DNA of 63,777 bases, the filler included, from Choristocarpus tenellus KU-1152 (taxonomy: Eukaryota; Protista; Phaeophyceae), in the NCBI GenBank assembly GCA_964200185.2. It is 12 parts of 12 records of this genome, joined end to end, with 100 filler letters (N's around TTAATTAATTAA, not from the genome) between each part and the next. Parts side by side here need not be neighbours in the genome. Positions count along the whole stretch, not along the records: positions 58,381 to 63,777 come from CAXNAD020010921.1; 11 more parts are not named here. One strand, written 5' to 3'. This document shows, in pieces, positions 60,732-63,777 of the stretch. How positions within the stretch are numbered: the first letter of the stretch is position 1; each line of letters opens with the position of its first letter. The position numbers and the translations under genes were made by a program. Below the pieces are notes generated by a model that was not told where the DNA came from, did not search any database, and was given only the letters and a program-made list of their open reading frames with translations.

Positions 60732-62605
60732 CGCTTGGCTGAGAGTGCGATCGTTCAACTTGACCGCTCCTGTTATGGTTGATGTGGGCTACCTTGCATA
60801 TCCACCCAATTGGTCAAAGTGCAATAAAGTGAACCACGCACTTCTGGCGGAGTGTTTTGGCAAAGCCAAAACTTGGAAGGCACAGTCAGTGCCACATACA
60901 GTAAGTACTGAGGGATTGTGGTTGTGTTTCCTCTTTCGTGCTTTGCAATTTTATAATTTTCTATCATATATATGCACATAATGAACGTACAGACGCACTT
61001 GGTCCCATCCGTTCAACATGACTTTTTGTACTATCTATAATAATACATAATTGAACTACAAAACTGGCATCAACTAATCAAGTTGAATCCGAATGGATAC
61101 GTTCATTCGAATTTAAAACCTCCACATCTACTCAAATCAGCACAATCTCAGTACAGTAGAACCAATACTATATACAATTATTTCACTGGTTTACCAAACA
61201 AAAGACGTATATAACCAAATCAAGCAAATCCAGTTAACACGTGTCAAACTATTCTGAAAGATTATTATATTCGTAGCCGTGTTTTCCACATTAATCGCTT
61301 GCGTATACATCGTAATGGTCAACGGTCAGCCAATTACGCACTCTCTAAACATAAATAGGTGAATGGTCATCTATTTCACCCTCAATGATTGAAGTCCTTT
61401 CACAGTCAATCGGATTTCCACTTGGATGAAATGTTCACTCTGGGATACTGTCCGACGCAACCACTACTCTCTACCAGAAAAAAGGAGTCCTCCTGGATAT
61501 GACTAAGCAAACTTCCAAGCGAACAACCACCTAGAGAATCATCTTGGAACAACTAGGTGGCTGCTGCTGCAGCTGATGCCTGCAAGCGCAACCATTACGA
61601 GGGATAATTTGACTCTCATAGTTTTAAGCTGAACAGGTTTGGGGTGGAAAATCTTCGGGTGTCTCGACGCTCATGAGACAGGTGGATTCCGGATGGGCTA
61701 CAGACCAACGTGGTAGGTGCTAGGCTGGCTAAAGTTTCAGGTGGAAGGAAGCGATGAAGGCACACCTGGGACAAATAATGTCCGTAATGGCACAAGTGGC
61801 AATTGCAAGGTTTGTCATGCACTTGAAGCTTGAGACACCAGGACAGTAGGCAATGCAGGGGTTGACGGACTAGCATGATTCTTCTCTTAGTTACTACAAT
61901 GTATTCACATAGGGCTAGTTGAGGCATAGTTTCAGTTGTGCGTACCATTAAATGTTTCTTCGTTATTTCACCATTAAACACAACAATGTAAGTTCCTACT
62001 GTGAAAGATGCTGTGTTCTTGTGTTCAAATATAACTAGAGCTCTACTGTTGGTGTTTTGGGAGGTCTGTATTGTAAGGAATACAAACTCTCTTGCTGTGT
62101 CGCTGTAGTATTTTCGTTGTGTTTTGCTTCTTATCCCCCTGACAAAATCTGCAAACTGTCAGGGGTTCTTATTAAAATGTCGGGTGTATGGTCGGGAGCA
62201 CTAATGAGAAAAGGCATGCGAACATTGACGTAGCTATACGCAGACAGAAATTGCTCTTCGTGGTTTTCGTTCCTCACATGAATAATGCTTGCTGCCCATG
62301 AACTTGATTATCGGGGGGGGGGAACTAACAACTAAAAATCAAAGGGGAGGAGCTAGTACCTGAGAAGAGCTGGTGGTAAAAATATACCTTGAAGATTCAG
62401 GATTACAGCTAAAATGTGGGGTCTACCTGGACAAGATTTAAACCGATGGTACAGGAGGATGGGTGGCGCCAAGTACTTCATGAACGTTAGCGTACTATGT
62501 ACGCCTAAACAGCTGGAGCTCATGACGCGAAAGTATCCACAGTAGTCATCAAACACATGTGACGACTATGAACTTGGGTACTCTACTTGTTGCTACTCTA
62601 CTAGT

Positions 62606-62832
62606 GAGTCAATGTAAGCTCAGCATTGCATTGTAAGGATGCAAAAATGTGTAAAATTCGCCCTCATTTTCGAATTCGTACAGAAAAGTTTCGAACAATA
62701 GAGAAATCAACCCTCTCAAGTCAAACTTCCCTCTTCATCCATAGGAACATTGATGAAGTACCAAAGTTTGAAAAAATAGGCTTAAAATACCAAACGGCGA
62801 AAAACTGGGTACCTCTCGTTTACTTTTTACTC
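62606..62832. mobile_element. MITE family C, copy 3 (inverted relative to copy 1)
   Basis: GAGTCAATGTAAG ... AACTGGGTACCTCTCGTTTACTTTTTACTC; flanks AGT/ATT. Confidence 0.75.
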
Positions 62833-63695
62833 ATTGTGTACATGTGTTACTTTTGAGTGTAACTGTGAGTGGATATATCCCTATCCTTGGATGAATTACG
62901 GTCCTTGATGCTGGACACGATACCTGTTTGGTGTTTTTGGACTTGACTGTTGGGCCTTTTCATTCACTATCTTGAGGTTCCAGTGCATTTCTTCCTTGTA
63001 TACATTTTGTGCATTCACTCATTCTGCATCTCTCTGCTTTTTGTCATCTATATTTATGTTCTTGCTCTCCTTTTCTAATGACTTCCACATCCACAGGTCT
63101 GAGAATGCTGTAATCTTCTTCATCCACAGCAACATCTGCCAAAGTTTTGAGCAATGTTGCGTCATGCTGCTTTGAAGTGTAACTTTATTGATCAAAAGAT
63201 CAACTAGCTGCTCAGGTGTCTGACATTGAAGACCGCCCGGTATCTACACATGAATCCTTTTTTGGTTAGTGGTAGTCTATGAGTTTCTGGTATTTTGAAT
63301 ACGCAGGATCCCCAAGCCAAATCGAGGCCAGAATTTAACTTCAAGGAAAGGTTGTTTCGATGGTGGACGTGGGAGGCACAATGGGAAAGGTACACGTCAT
63401 ACTGTCTTTAAAACGAAAAAAGGAACATTGAAAATGTGAATGAATCTCTAGGCAATGCTTGACTGTGACTAGGAAAGTACTGTCAAAGTTTCAAGGGAGG
63501 AGGCAAAGCGTTGCGCGAAAGGATAACTGAACCTGAAGCTAAAGAAATCAAGGCACACACAGTGCAATGTAGAATAAAATACTGAGTGTGTCATGACCCT
63601 GACCATGGGTCAGAGCCAGGTAGGGTTGTGTTCGTGGCTCAGCTGTGGATGAATAATTTTCCCGGTGTTAGTCTTGTGAATGCAAACCTCCTCCA

Positions 63696-63777
63696 GACCA
63701 AAAGTATCTGGGGAGGGGGGGGGGGGGGTTAAACCAGGGTGTCAATTTGGGCCATAAACAGGAAAAGCGAAATTAAA
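63696..63777 (+). mobile_element. MITE family B left part
   Basis: GACCAAAAGTATCTGGGG, G-run, ACCAGGGTGTCAATTTGG..GAAAAG matches 27178-27247. Confidence 0.8.

Overview
Eukaryotic nuclear DNA, most likely from a stramenopile such as a brown alga. This is inferred from GT-AG introns, TTAGGG tracts and gene/TE content, and is not proven. The window is not contiguous: 11 artificial 100-nt spacers (N44-TTAATTAATTAA-N44) join 12 short contigs, so adjacency across spacers means nothing. Host gene fragments: the last two exons of a TKL-like protein kinase, the last two exons of a sphingosine kinase, part of a CHGN/GT7-like glycosyltransferase, four phase-compatible exons of a Cys + Ser/Thr/Pro-rich protein, and a small RVxF-motif ORF. 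The rest is dominated by transposable elements: a mariner transposase relic, an intron-rich Sola-like DDD transposase pseudogene, a gag zinc-knuckle relic, a LINE relic and an LTR-like family carrying a tandem hairpin array. Most striking are three MITE families with different interiors that share the terminal motif GAGCCAAAGTA / GACCCAAAGTA and mostly show 3-bp (sometimes 4-bp) target duplications. TE copies show repeated CpG->TpG/CpA decay. No CRISPR array, rRNA or tRNA was recognised. All family assignments come from motif recognition by eye, not database searches.
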